Source of the DNA: Antechinus flavipes
Lineage: Eukaryota
Reading direction: 5' to 3'
DNA length: 64,000 nucleotides
Assembly: GCF_016432865.1 (NCBI RefSeq)
Contig: NC_067399.1
Location: 448,818,001-448,882,000, forward strand
In this document: positions 12,666 to 25,110 of the stretch, piece by piece
Layout: every line of letters starts with the position of its first letter
Numbering within the stretch: the stretch's first letter is position 1
Translations under genes and position numbers: made by a program
The notes under the pieces: generated by a model
The model's input: only the letters and a program-made list of their open reading frames with translations
What the model was told of the DNA's origin: nothing
The model's database searches: none

Positions 12666-13599
12666 AATCACAGGGTCACAGAGCTAGGGCTGGAAGGAAC
12701 TCAGAGAGATCAAATGAGAACACTGTAAAGCGTTCACCTAGTGCTGGCACCTAGCAGGGATTTAATAAATACTTATTCTCTTCTCTCCCACCCCCCTGCT
12801 CCTCAGAGGCTATCTATACCAACACTCTCATTTTGTAGGTGAGGGAACTGAGAGGGAGGCTGAATGTCTTCTCCAAGGTTATCAGGGACTGCGACAGGAT
12901 TTAAAGAAAGTCCCGATGACTCGTCACACCTGCAACATGTCACTTTATTCCCTTGACTTAGACCAAGGCTTCACACATTTGAATAAGACTAATCAGGGTT
13001 GCTAAAAGGTATGTTATGTAGCTAAAGGAGCAACAGTAGAAACAAAGTAGCTAAGTAGTTAAGAATTTAAGCAGCTCGATATTTATTATTTTCCTCATTG
13101 CTTTCATCCACATGAGGTCTTTTCCTTTAATCTGACAGGAAAGAGGATAGAATTTATGGTCAATATCTCTAACTTCTGGTCTTTCACTGAAATCTTAGGA
13201 TCCTAAATGCTAAGTCCTTTGTCTGGCATTCTAGGGTTTTTCAGGCCTCCTCCTTCTAATAGCTACCCTCCCAATAATTCGCTTTTCTCCTCTTCGACTT
13301 TAGGTCACCACTGCTCCAGCCGGACTAGACGATTCATTTTCCCCATATATGTCCTTTGCTTGCAGTTACCTGAAAACCTGTTCACCCACCTCCCTCATCC
13401 CTGCTCAACAGAATCTTATCCCTCCTTCAAGACCCAGCTCGAATGGTACTTCTTTTACAAGTCCCCTTTGATCACCTCATTGGAATTCACATCTCTCTCT
13501 ACTCTGAGTTTCCATAGTCTCCTAGAGGGTACTATCTGTTATATCATTTAGTACCTATCAAAGTTGGCTGATATTGTTAGTCAGCTGAATAATAGAGCC

Positions 13600-13830
13600 A
13601 GACTGGTATTGTGGAAAGTTAGTTGGACATGAAGTCAAGAGATACTGGGTCCAAATTCTGCCTCCCTTGCTTATTAAATTGTGAAAGTCACTTCACCTTT
13701 CTGACCTTCAGTTCCTGGTCTATAAAACAGGGAGAATCACTGCAGCGCCTGTCTCACAGTGTTGTTTGTGAAGACCAAATGACGTAAAATTCTTTGCAGA
13801 CCTTAAAATTCTATAGAAAAATCCACTCAT
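13600..13830 (+). mobile_element. MIR SINE
   Basis: gtggaaagttagttggacatgaagtcaagagatactgggtccaaattctgcctc...tctcacagtgttgtttgtgaagaccaaatga. Confidence 0.7.
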
Positions 13831-14199
13831 TGTTATTTTATTCCCATTGCCTTCTGGCTGTCTCCAGTTAGATCTCATATTAGTATCTTAAACATATCTA
13901 AAACTAAACCCAGCTTATAATAACTATCTCACTTATCCATATTTCTGAGAATATAGGTCTTATGCAAATAAGTAGCTACTGATAAAACTAGTGAGCCAAT
14001 CTGGGACCAAAGAGACAGTTCATATTTCTTATGGCTTTTTCATATATAGTGAAACTATTTTCTTATATGTATTCATATGTAGTGAAGCCTCAACCCCCCT
14101 TCCAAGTTCTACAATACTTCATTTACACATAGAAGAGTCTCCATCATTACCCCTCTGGCTCCTGTTCTTCAACTCTGCTTAAGTCTACACAAGGTATAT

Positions 14200-14435
14200 T
14201 GTCGTCGTTATTGCTATTGTCATGTTTGATTCTTCATGACCCCATTTGGAGTTTTCTTGGCAGAGATACCAGAGTGATTCACATTTCCTTCTCTGGCTCA
14301 TTTTACAGATGAGACAAGCAGTATTAAGTGACTTTCCCAGGATTAAATAGTTAGTAAATGTCTGAGGCTATATTTGAATGCAAGTTCTCCTGATTCCAAG
14401 CCCAACACTTTATCTGCTATGCTACATGGCCTCCC
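14200..14435 (-). mobile_element. Marsupial CORE-SINE (Mar1-like)
   Basis: gattcttcatgaccccatttggagttttcttggcagagataccagagtg...cattttacagatgag. Confidence 0.8.
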
Positions 14436-14479
14436 ATAAACAGGTATACCACAGTTCTTGGTGATGCCCTTTGGACTTA

Positions 14480-14631
14480 CATAAAATAAGTACAATTTTT
14501 TTCATATCCATATCCATTCCAAACTTCTCATCGTTCTTCAAGTTTCTCATGGTTCTGCTTAACCGCTCAGCTGCAGACCTTACCTCCTATTTAATGAAAT
14601 TTAGGTTATTCACAAATGGCTCTCTCTCTCC

Positions 14632-14706
<75 letters not shown>

Positions 14707-16425
14707 TGTCATTTCATATTACTCAGGTTTTTTTCTCCTACTATTTACTCTTTCATTTTTGTTTCTCATAAAGAGGTAGTCCTTTTTCTCATCAAAAAAA
14801 AAAAACTCATTTATGTGCATCCTTGATCTCATTCTTTCCCATCTTCTCCAGGATGCTGCCTCCTCTATCACTCCCACATTTTCTTGAACCTTCAAGCTTT
14901 CCTAATCTATTGGCTCTTTCCTTGCTGTCTACAAACATGACTACGTCTTCTCCTACCATTGAACATCCTTCACTTGATCATACCACACTTGCTAACTATT
15001 TTTATGTATCTCTCCTCCCCTTCTTGGCTCAACTCCTTAAGAATATGTTTATAATTGGTATTTCCATTTATCCTCTCACCAGAATCTAAATCCTTTACAA
15101 TCTGGTTTCTGACCTCTCATTTGAATGAACTTATTCTCTTCAAAGTCATCAGTGATTTCTTAATTGCAAAATCTAATAGCCTTTACTCAATCCTCATCCT
15201 TCTTTTAAAAAAATTTTATTCTCAGTTTCAAATCCTTTTCCTTTCTCTTCTACTTATTACAAAGGCAGGAAAAATAATATCCATTATACAAATGAAGTCA
15301 TGCATGACATATTTATCCTTATCCTCCTTGACCTATCTGCAATCTTTGAAATTATTGCTATTCTTTTTTCTAGATAACCTCTTCTTTCTAATTTTTTTTG
15401 TGATGCTGCTATTTTCTAGATATCCTTTTCTTCTAAATTTTTGTGATATTGCTATTTTCTGATTCTCCTGCTATCTGTTAAACTGCTCACTCTTAGTCTC
15501 CTTTGCTGTCCTATAGGCATTTCAAATATAACATGCCTGAAAACAGAACTCATTATCTTTTCTCCTAAATCTTTCCCTCTTTCCAACTTCTTTATTACTT
15601 TAAAGGATACCTCCACCTTCTCAGCCATTCAGTCTTCTAACTAGAATATTATCCTCAATTTCTTGTTTATACTTCACATATTCAAGCTGTTGCCAAATCT
15701 TTTGCTTTTACCTTCACATCATGTCTTATATATATCCCTTCCCATCACTTACCCAGCCACTGTCTTGGTATAGACTCCTGTCACTCATATCTGGATGATC
15801 ATAATAGCTTTATTATTGGCTCTAGTTTCCTCAAGTCTCTTTCTACTCAATTCTTTCTACTTTGCCAAAGTGATCTCCCAAAAGTGCAGGTCTGACCATG
15901 TTACCTCTCTACTCAATAAACTCTAATGGCTACCTCTTACCTACAGAATCAAATATAAAATCCTCAGTTTGGCTTTTAAAGCCCTTCATGGTCAGGCCAT
16001 TTCCTACTTTTCCAGTTTTCTTATATCTAAATCCCCTATTCATACTCTATAATCCAACCATATTGGACTTCTTGCTATTTCTTCTCCAGGATGCTCAAAC
16101 TCCTCATTACTTTTTGTCTTTTTACTGGCTAGCTCCTATGTTGTTTCTTTTTACCTCTATCTTCTGGCTTCTTTGGAATCCTTCAAGATTTATCTCAGAT
16201 CTCCCTTTCTCCAAGAAGCTTCTCCCACCCATCTCCTCTCTCTAAAAATGTCTCACCTCTGGGATTATTTCTCATTTACATTGTATTTATCCATTTGTAC
16301 ATAGTTTTCTGTTGTCTCCCCCATTAGAATGTGAGCTCCTTAAGAACAGGACTTTTTTTAACCTTTCCTTGTATCTCCAAAAATTAGGATAGTAAAAGCT
16401 TAATAAATGCTTGCTGATTGATTGC
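14480..16425 (+). mobile_element. L2 LINE, degenerate ORF2 3' part and 3' end
   Basis: CT-rich L2 body (ctcttcaaagtcatcagtgatttcttaattgcaaaatctaatagcc; cctgaaaacagaactcattatcttt) ending ttagaatgtgagctccttaagaacaggac...taataaatgcttgctgattgattg. Confidence 0.8.
14620..14703. repeat. (CT)n microsatellite
   Basis: About 40 CT units. Confidence 0.98.
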
Positions 16426-17277
16426 CAATTGATTGATACTGCAGTCTTTCAAATATTTGAAGGCAGCAAGTATATCATTCTCTTTCCTTCTTTTGTAATA
16501 AATAATTCACATTTGTTCAACTATTTTTTTCACATAATATTCTCATATGTTCATTCCTTTCCATACAGCACCTCGGGTCTTTTTCTACAATATGTAGACA
16601 TCTTTTCAATCTAGAAGCTCACTACAGCCTTGGAATTCAGACATTGGGAGTACTCTTTGCCCCTGTGGCTTCTCTTTCCAATTGGATGGCTCTCCCCAGA
16701 ATCTCCATTTAGGGAAAACATCCAGGTCACCATGTTTATTCCTTTCCAGGCTGTACTCTAGACTTCCTTTATTATGTTTCTCAAACAGGAACTGTCATTT
16801 CTCTCCCTCTCCCCACCTCTTTTAGTTTTCTTCTAAGTATTGGTTCCTCCACCCATCAGAATGTAAGTTTCTAAATGGCAAGAATTGTCTTTATTTCTGC
16901 TTGTCTGGGTATTCCCAGCACTTACCATAGTGCCTGATACATAGAAGAGCTTAATAAATGTTTGTTGACTATTGACTGACTGACTAAATAAAAGGTACAG
17001 ACCAGAAGAGCTCCTAAAGACCATATAGCTTAACGCCATTGTTTTACTGATGAGAAAAGTGAGATTCAGAAAGGGTAATTGAGTTTACCCAAGGTCATCC
17101 AGGAAGTTAAATGGCAGATCTCCTGTTTTCTTGTCCAGTGCTCTTTTTATTCCAATCAACTGACTTATAGGGTCTACAGTTAAAGCCTTGGAGTTTGAGC
17201 CTGCATCACTGCTGAAATCACTGCCCATGGGGACCCTATTCTCTTTCCCTGGATTGAGTCTCCTGTTCCCCCAACAG

Positions 17278-17304
17278 AGCTCCCCGTTGACGCAGACACC
17301 GCAG
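17278..17304 (+). other. Candidate 27-nt exon inside a CpG-rich non-repetitive island
   Basis: Pyrimidine tract ctcctgttcccccaacag|AGCTCCCCGTTGACGCAGACACCGCAG|gtgtgt; open as ELPVDADTA (phase 1) or SSPLTQTPQ (phase 0); donor only moderate. Confidence 0.2.
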
Positions 17305-18099
17305 GTGTGTTATGCTGTAGCTGTCGGCATGATGAAAAGCCTCCCGTGGTAGAGCAGATAACGTACACGCACAGGTCAGAGAAGGCCTGTGTCGCCCATC
17401 CATCAGGCCGAGCAGCTCCGGGAAGGGCTTGCTCAACCTGCTCCACCCTGATGCCTGTTATCTGCCACAAATGTGTTTTTCCCCCAAGGTTAAATGGATG
17501 AGTGACAGTGAGGCAATTGACAGCTCCAGTCATTGGGATGAATGGTCCCATGCCTGAGAGAGAAGATGCATCCCCGCTCCCCATCAACCATCCTCTCCTG
17601 AGTCCTTCTCAGCCCTCCTCCAGAAATTCCATACTTTATCCCCTGCTTCTTGTTCAGCAGGATCTCCTGATTACTAACTTCCTGTGTGATCAAGAACAAT
17701 CCCTCCCTCCCCTACTTCAGTTTCTTCAGTTGTAAAATAAACTAATTTCAACTAGATCATCCTTCTTCAAGGCATTTTTTGTCTAACAGTCAGTTATAGG
17801 GTTACTTGTAGACATTTTCTAGCTTGGTAAAATCATAGAATATGTATCACAAAGTAAAACAGGCAGAGCTCTTTTATGTGAAGCTTCCCAGAAATCATAA
17901 GTATTGGATCTTACTTTAAATCTGCTTACCTGTTTAGTCTTGCTAATTCTATTTATAGGTCCACTCAACAACTTCGGAACTGATTTCAATGGAAGTGCCT
18001 TTGTAAAAAGCAGTATAGTATAATAGAAAGAACACTAGACTGAACCAAAAGACCAGAGTTCAAACATGGGCTCTGACACAATCAATTGTTGAAACAATA

Positions 18100-18760
18100 A
18101 GCAATTATTACATGCCTACTATTTGCTAGAAACTGAAGATCAAATATATATATATATACATATATATATATGTATAATGAACTCTTGAAAAATGTTAATT
18201 CTTGAAGAGTTTACATTCTAATGAGAGAAACAAGTAAATAAACAATGAATACATGGTAATTAGGGAGAGAAGAAACTAACATATCAGGGGAATTAGGAAA
18301 GGTTTCCTATAGAAAGTGGTACTTGTGCTATAAGGTGAAAATGAGGAGAGAATGTAGTTGAGATATGTGGGATATCCAGAACAAAGACCCCAGAGAGAGG
18401 AAATAGAATGATGTGTATAAGGAACAAAGTCCAATTTGGCTAAATCAAAGAGTTTGTGAAGGAGAGTTATATATGAGGAAATAAGTTGGGGCCAAGCTGT
18501 GAAGAACTTTCAAGGCCAAATAGAGGCATTTATATTTTATCCTAGAGATCATGGGACACCACTTAAAAAAAATCACTTTGGAATCAGTGTGGAGGATGGA
18601 CTGAAGTAGGGAAACAGGAGGCAGAAAGACCAATTAGAAGACAGTTGTGATAGTCTGGGCAAGAGTTGATGAGGACTTCAATTGAAGTGACAGTGTGAAT
18701 ACAGAGAAGGTTTAGGAGAAGTGAGGCACAGAGAAAGATGAAATGAAAGGAGATTAGGAT
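18100..18760 (-). mobile_element. L2 LINE fragment
   Basis: aagcaattattacatgcctactatttgctagaaactg...gcatttatattttatcctagagatcatgggacaccact...gaagaccaattagaagacagttgtgatagtctggg. Confidence 0.7.
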
Positions 18761-18769
18761 CAGAGTAGT

Positions 18770-18960
18770 AGTTCTCAAACTTTTTGGACTCAGAACCTCT
18801 TCACACTCTCAAAAACTAAATGAAGTGTCTAAAAAGATTTTGTGTATTATGTAGGTTACATCTATTGATATTTATTATAGTAGAAATTAACATCTTATCA
18901 TAAAGAGTTTTGACTTCACAGATTCCTTGAAAGGGTCTTAAGAGACCATACTTTGAGGCT
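18770..18960. mobile_element. hAT-Charlie-type non-autonomous DNA transposon relic
   Basis: tagttctcaaactttttggactcagaacctcttcacactctcaaaaa...gagaccatactttgag, hAT-like termini. Confidence 0.55.
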
Positions 18961-19364
18961 TACCAGAGGTTTTTTGTTTTTGTTTTTAAATCAAGGAAGT
19001 AGAACCCTTATTTTGAATATGACCATCCTTGCGTGTGTAGCTGGAATGGAACACAAGAGGAGGTCATGCATGAGATTGGAGGACTTTGAGAAATTGAGAA
19101 GTTGGGGTATCTGAAGGAACCTCAACCAGATTGTTGAAGTCCTCTAGGCCTAGCTGTGTGAACATGGAAAAGTTACTTTAATCTCTCTGAGTCTTAGATA
19201 CCTCATTTGTAAAATTGAGGTTTAAAATTAGGAGTACTGCTCATTTCCAGGGGTTATTAAAGGAAGCACCTTCAAGTGCTATCAAAATGTGATTTTTGCT
19301 ACTGCTATGGAATGTGAAACATTATTTAGACACATTTAATGAATAAAGCCACAAAGTGAAAGAC

Positions 19365-19530
19365 TGTAGTGAAAAAGCACTGGACTGGAGTGACCTAGTT
19401 TGAATCCTTTAGGCTACTCCCTTCCTTCTCTTGGCAAATCACTTAATCCTTCTGGGCCTCAGTTTTCCCTTTGTAAATTGAGAGATTTGAGGTAGATGTT
19501 CTCTAAGGTCTCTTCTAACTCTAACTCTTG
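19365..19530 (+). mobile_element. MIR SINE
   Basis: gtagtgaaaaagcactggactggagtgacctagtttgaatcc...ctgggcctcagttttccctttgtaaattg. Confidence 0.65.
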
Positions 19531-19844
19531 TTGTTCAATTATTTTCAGTTATGTACAATTATTAGTGACCCCATTTAGGGTTTTTGTGGCAGAGGTACTA
19601 GAGTATTTGCTATTTCCTTCTCCAGATAATTTTCTGATTTACTAGCTCACATTCCAACTCCAATTCTGGACACTTTTCCTTTTTGATAAAGGTAAAAAGA
19701 GTCTAATAATCCCTATAATATTTACCTGGAAGGTAGTTTATGAGTTCCAAATGAGATAATGCCTATAAAGCTCTTTGGAAATGTTAAAATTTTTTGAGGG
19801 TTGATGTCTAATCAGGTTCTGCTGCTAAATCAATGAAAGACTTT

Positions 19845-20510
19845 CTCTGTCACTACTAGGTCTATATCCCAAAGAGATCATAAAAAAGGAAAAAGGATCT
19901 GCATATGCAAAAATTTTTGTAGCAACTTGTTTTTCTGATGTCAAGGAATTGGAAATTGAGGGGATGCCCATCAATGACTGAGTAAGTTATGATATATGAA
20001 TGTAATGGAATACTATTGTTTTATAAGACATAATGAGCAAGTAGATTTCAGAAAAACCTGGAAAGACTTTCGTGAACTGATGCTGTGTGAAGTGAGCAGA
20101 ACCAGAAATTGTACATAATAATAGCAATATTATGTGACGATCAACTATGATAGACTTAGCTCTTCTCAGCAATATAGTGATCTAAGACAATTCCAATAGA
20201 TTTTTGGTAGAAAATGCTATCTACATTCTGATAAAGAATTATGGAGACTGAATGCAGATTGAAACACTATTTTTACTTTTTTGTTTTTTCTTTCTCTTGA
20301 TTTTTCTCTTTTGTTCTGATTTTTTATTTCACAACTTGACTGATTTGGAAATACGTTTAAAATGATTGTACATGTATAACCTATATTAGATTGCTTGCTG
20401 TCTTGAGGAAGAGGAGGGAAGGAGAAAAATTTGGAACTCAAAATCTTATAAAAATGAATGCTGAAAACTATCTTTACATGCAATTGGAAAAAATAAAGTA
20501 TTATTATAAG
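19845..20510 (+). mobile_element. 5'-truncated L1 (ORF2 C-terminus and 3'UTR)
   Basis: ctactaggtctatatcccaaagagatcataaaaaagg...gaactgatgctgtgtgaagtgagcagaaccag...gcaattggaaaaaataaagta. Confidence 0.85.
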
Positions 20511-20688
20511 TTAAAATGTATTTCATTTTGAAAAGACATTCCAATTGAAACCCAATTATATGGGCAAAGTCTTTTCTTTCCTCTGGACCTCAGTTTCTCC
20601 ACTTGTAAATATCTTTAAAGGCCCTTCTGGCTCTGACAGCCTTCAATTCTAGAATTCAGTGCAGGTTGGTTTTTGACCCTAGTGGAAT

Positions 20689-20693
<5 letters not shown>

Positions 20694-20768
<75 letters not shown>
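20694..20768. repeat. (AT)n microsatellite
   Basis: About 37 AT units. Confidence 0.98.
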
Positions 20769-20771
<3 letters not shown>

Positions 20772-21674
20772 GCAGAAAGACACAGAGAGACACAAAGACA
20801 GAAAGACAGAGAAAGAGAGAATATGAGTTTTAGGCTCCAGTTGCAGCTGAATGGAGTTAAACCAAGCCTTTTTCTGCCTAAGTGTTCGAGACAGCAGACT
20901 GTCCTAGACTGATAAGTTTCTTACATGCAGGGAATCTTAAGCAGCCTCTGCCCAGCTGGCTTTCTCAGTCCAGGGAAAGAGATAGTCAGGAAGTGGCCAC
21001 CTAACCAGCAGTATGGTGGGGAAACAAGGAAAGCAAGCTAAAGTCTCAAATGTCAGGGCCCTGAGACTGAAATGGTAAGTAGTTTGTCTAACATAACTGG
21101 TAGTCTCTAATGGAACAGTGGCAAGGATAACTAAGATTGGGACCTCTATGGTTTCATGGATTCAAGAAGTCTTTGTATGTGATTGTTGGGATAGGTTAGA
21201 GAATGGAAAGAAAGTTCCTTCTTTTAGTGTTCAACTAAGATGCCACTTCCTCCATGAATCCTTAGCTAGGGAGTAAGCTAGAAGTGGACCCTCCTTTGGA
21301 TCAATCATCTCGTTCTGGATGATCTCGTACCTATGCACTCTGCCATTATTATAAAAATACCATTTTTGGTACTTGCCCTCCATTTAAATAAAAGCTCCTT
21401 CAGAGAAGAATCTGTACCATACCTATCTTTGTATCCATAATTAATCAGTATTTATAAAGTGCCTACTACCTGCAAGGTGCTTTGTGAGATACTTAGAACA
21501 CCTGCCTCCCCCCCCCCTCCAAGTGAAACAGACCTGGCCCTCAAGAAGCTTCCTTTTTACCTAAGGGATATATGATGTATGTATAGAAATATTTTTGGAG
21601 TGGAGACACTAGCAACTGAGGGAGGAATAGTAAGAAGACTAATTTGACTGGACACATCTCCCAACACATGTTCG

Positions 21675-21900
21675 GTTGTTTTTTAATTGTGTCTGATTCT
21701 TTTACATGACCTCATTTGGGGTTTCCTTGGCAAAGACAATGGCATGACTTGCCATTTCCTTCCCCAGTTCATTTTACAATTGAGGGTTAAGTGACTTGTC
21801 CAGGGCTGCGTAGCTAGTAAATGTCTGAGGCCATATTTGAACTCAGGAAGATGAGCCTTCCTGACTCCAGGTCCAGCACTCTATCCATTTTGCCACCTCT
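21675..21900 (-). mobile_element. Marsupial CORE-SINE (Mar1-like)
   Basis: gacctcatttggggtttccttggcaaagac...ctgaggccatatttgaactcaggaagatgagccttcctgactccagg. Confidence 0.8.
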
Positions 21901-22189
21901 TTTCCTGGCACATAGTAGGCATATACTTGAAGGGGAGTAATAAGGCTGTATGTAAAGTGAGGTTGCAGCCATGCTGAGACTAATTTTCTCAACTACGGAG
22001 AGCGCTTAATGAATGTGTATTTGGATTGACTTAGTCTGGCTGGGATCTCCAGCCCCCTCCTTGAGTGGGGAGAATGTAGGTGGAGAGTTTTGCAAAATTG
22101 GTTTGGTTAGGAATGGAAGGCGTTGGGGACATGACTAGATTTGGGACAGTAGTTAAGATCAACAAGGCATGTTAGTGTGCACAGGTAAC

Positions 22190-22740
22190 GGAGACAGCGA
22201 TTAGGGCAGAGGGGAATTGAAGATCAGCCCGGGAACCCAGATCGGGGAGTGGCCAGAATTTGAGGGTGTAGCCTAGGAGGAGGGGGCGTGGCCAGAATCC
22301 TACCTGGCCCGGGAGAAGCTTGGTTTGGCGGTTCCCTGGGGGAAAGGCGGCCTCCAGAGGCGGGTCTGCCAGATGAGCCGTGGAGCTGCTTGTCTGTCTG
22401 TTGGAGGAGCCTGTCTCTCCCCCTGATTTACTGCTTCGGGAGCTGAGCGCAGTTTTTTCTTAATCTAAATTGAAAACTGCTCAAGTAGAAAAATAATTTC
22501 ATTGCTTCATCTTAAAGAGGAAAAAATAGGGTGTGGGGGACGGTGCGGAAGCATGGTGTCAACCTCCATGCGGGACTGGACTGGGGAAGTGGGGGAAGGA
22601 CATAGTAAAGCACGATAAACGGCCGGGTGTAGCGTCCCCTCACCCCAAACCCCTCCAACTTTACTAGACTCCCTCCTCCCCCTCCCCGTTTCCCCTCTCT
22701 ATCCCCTGGCCCTACCCAACCCCCTCTGATTCTTCCTGAG
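22190..22740. promoter_or_regulatory. CpG-enriched promoter- or enhancer-like island
   Basis: About 19 CpG counted by eye in 22190-22640; GC-box gggggcgtggcc at about 22281-22292; G-rich then C-rich halves. Confidence 0.5.
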
Positions 22741-23569
22741 TTCCCATGTCAAGAGGAAGGCAGCTTGGGAAAAGGGATGTTTGATGGCAGTGTGCACCCC
22801 ATCACTAGAGGATTTTGGTCTGGATGACTATTTGTTGGAGATATTGTAGAGAGAACAGGTATTCAGGTAGGGGTGTTGTATCAGATACCCTCTATAGTCT
22901 CTTTCCACTTTGAGATTGTGGGGTTCTCTGAAAGGCTGAAGTCAGATTCTGGTGAGAAAATCCAGAATTTCCCAACTGGGAAATTCACTGGATCTTGCCA
23001 AAATCGGATGAGAGAGGCTGCCAACTTGCTTTTCTTAGGGTCTTGTTATAATTAACAATGAATGGGGGCATTAATTCTTGAGAGCAAATGTGATCCTCCT
23101 GGGAAGCAAAAAGAATTGTGCTGAATGAAAACAAGTTTATAGTCAGAGGATTTGGGTCTGTGTGCTGACCCTGACATCTGCTACATAAGTGACTTTGAAT
23201 AAGTCACATTATAGACTTATTTTCCTCAATTTCCTCCGAAATGGAGAGTGAGTAAAACAGGTTACCTTTCAGTTCTAAATCTTGTGACCTCGGCTGTGCC
23301 CTTCCAATTCTGAATATGAGAAATTTCCCTACTGTGAAAAGCACCAAAGAAAAAAATTATTGGAATACAGATCCTGTGTACATGGGAGACTAATCCTACT
23401 TCCATATGGTATTTCTAGACTTCAATAAATTTGTGGGGTGGTCCTTCCACATCACAAAATTTCAGATCTACATAGGACCTCATGGATCTAAATCAAGCTG
23501 AACAGATATTCTTTCCTCAACATCTCTAACAAGAGTTCTTGTAGGTTTTGCTTGCTATTTCCCCCTACG

Positions 23570-25110
23570 GGAGCACACATTACTTTCTAAAACAGCCAAT
23601 TCCACTTTGTAGGTATTGTAACTGTTAAGAAGGTTTTCATTACATTGAACCTAGACCTGGCTCTCAGAAATTTTCACCAATGATTCCTAATTCTGACTTT
23701 TAGGGTAAAGCAAAACAAATACAATATCCCTTCTGCATGGTAGCCCTTCAGATCCTGGAAAATTGTCATCATATATCTATAAATCTCTTTTTCAAACTAA
23801 ACTTATCAAACTGCTTCAGATGATCCTTAAAAATCTTTCATTCTCTTCCATATTGGTTGAATTATTCATCCACTCTCCAGATTTGGACACCATGACTCAA
23901 GATTGCCCTCTCCCTCTGATCCTTCATCAATTAGTGAGTTCTTCCCAGACCTTCTCTTTTTTGGAAGGGCCCAAACCAGGCATCCTTCATTCTGCAGACT
24001 TTGCCACCATGCCCTACATAAGTATTTTCCCCATCTCATTCAGCTCTTGTCTATTTGTAGTCTTCCTCCATTAAATGGAAACTTCTTAGAGTTAGGGACT
24101 GTCTTTCTTTATAAATGTTTGTTGAATTGACTTGGTTGTCATCTTCTGGATGGACTACTTTGTCCCTCTTAAGTGAGCACAGAACTGAACACAAAACTAT
24201 AGATGTTGTTTGACCACAGCAGAGTACTAGTCTTGGCCTGAATGAACTGAGAAGTGATACCACAACACAAGACAATGAGGAAGGACTATGACCTTTTTCT
24301 TTTTTTCCCCCTCTTTTCTTTTTTTACTTACATTAAATACATTGGTAAATCAGCAGGTGCATTCTGTTACCATTATTGTTATATTTAGGGAAGGGAAAGG
24401 GAGAAAGACAAATGGTTTCTTGAAAGCAAAAAAAAAAAAAAAAAAAAAAAGTTAAAAAAATTCATAAAAACAATTGATCAGAAAAAAAAGAAAAATAAAA
24501 AAACTCCCAAAGCCCAGTAAAGCTAGTCTCACTGAGCCCAAAGGCAAGCAGAAAAGGTTGTATGAACGGGAAGGCAGTAGACAAGCCAAAGAAGCTAAGG
24601 CCAATCCTGTTCTTTAAGTATGTGTACGAGGATGGGGAATGAGTGCAGGAGGCAGAAAAGAGAATCTTCTGGGGAAAACTCTCCAATCCCAAGGCAAAGA
24701 GATACCCTTACCCCAAAGTGTAGACACAGAAATAAGCAGGAACCCTCTTAGTTCCCCAGCTTTTCTGAAGAATGCTGGATGTTTGCATGTTCAATAAGTT
24801 GATGGCAATCTGAAAGGAAGGAAAAAGAATCTGCCAGGCCCCTGGGGATGTATGACTTTTTTTCTTAATGCAGCCTCACATCCCTTTGGCTTTCTTGGAT
24901 GGCCAGTCACATTGTGAACTCATATTTTACTTGTAGTTTACCAAAGACCCTTACCATTATTATATAAACTACTGTCTAGCCATACCTTCTCCAAAGTGAA
25001 CCCTACTAGGACTTTGCATTTGTAGTTATTAAATTTCACATTAGATTCTGGTTATCTTTCAGTTCTTTGAATCCTAACTCAGTTGTTTAATGCATTAATT
25101 ATCTCTTTGA
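23570..25110 (-). mobile_element. Fragmented CR1/L3 LINE, interrupted by an L2 end and other sequence
   Basis: gttaagaaggttttcattacattgaacctag...tagcccttcagatcctggaaaattgtcatc...cagaactgaacacaaaactatagatg...ttcttggatggccagtcacattgtgaactcata, reverse CR1 3' region. Confidence 0.6.

Noticed and set aside
17330-17365. SECIS-like ATGA...AAA...GA arrangement
   Set aside because: The spacing between ATGA and the AAA is far too short for a SECIS helix II.
20973-21080. Strong + strand donor ATG|gtaagt at 21074/21075
   Set aside because: The segment from the nearest upstream acceptor has stops in all frames, and there is no other support.
22345-22365. CTCF-like cctccagaggc (also at about 48050 and 12325-12340)
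   Set aside because: It lacks a base of the core AG(A/G)(G/T)GGC spacing, so the match is too weak without a PWM score.
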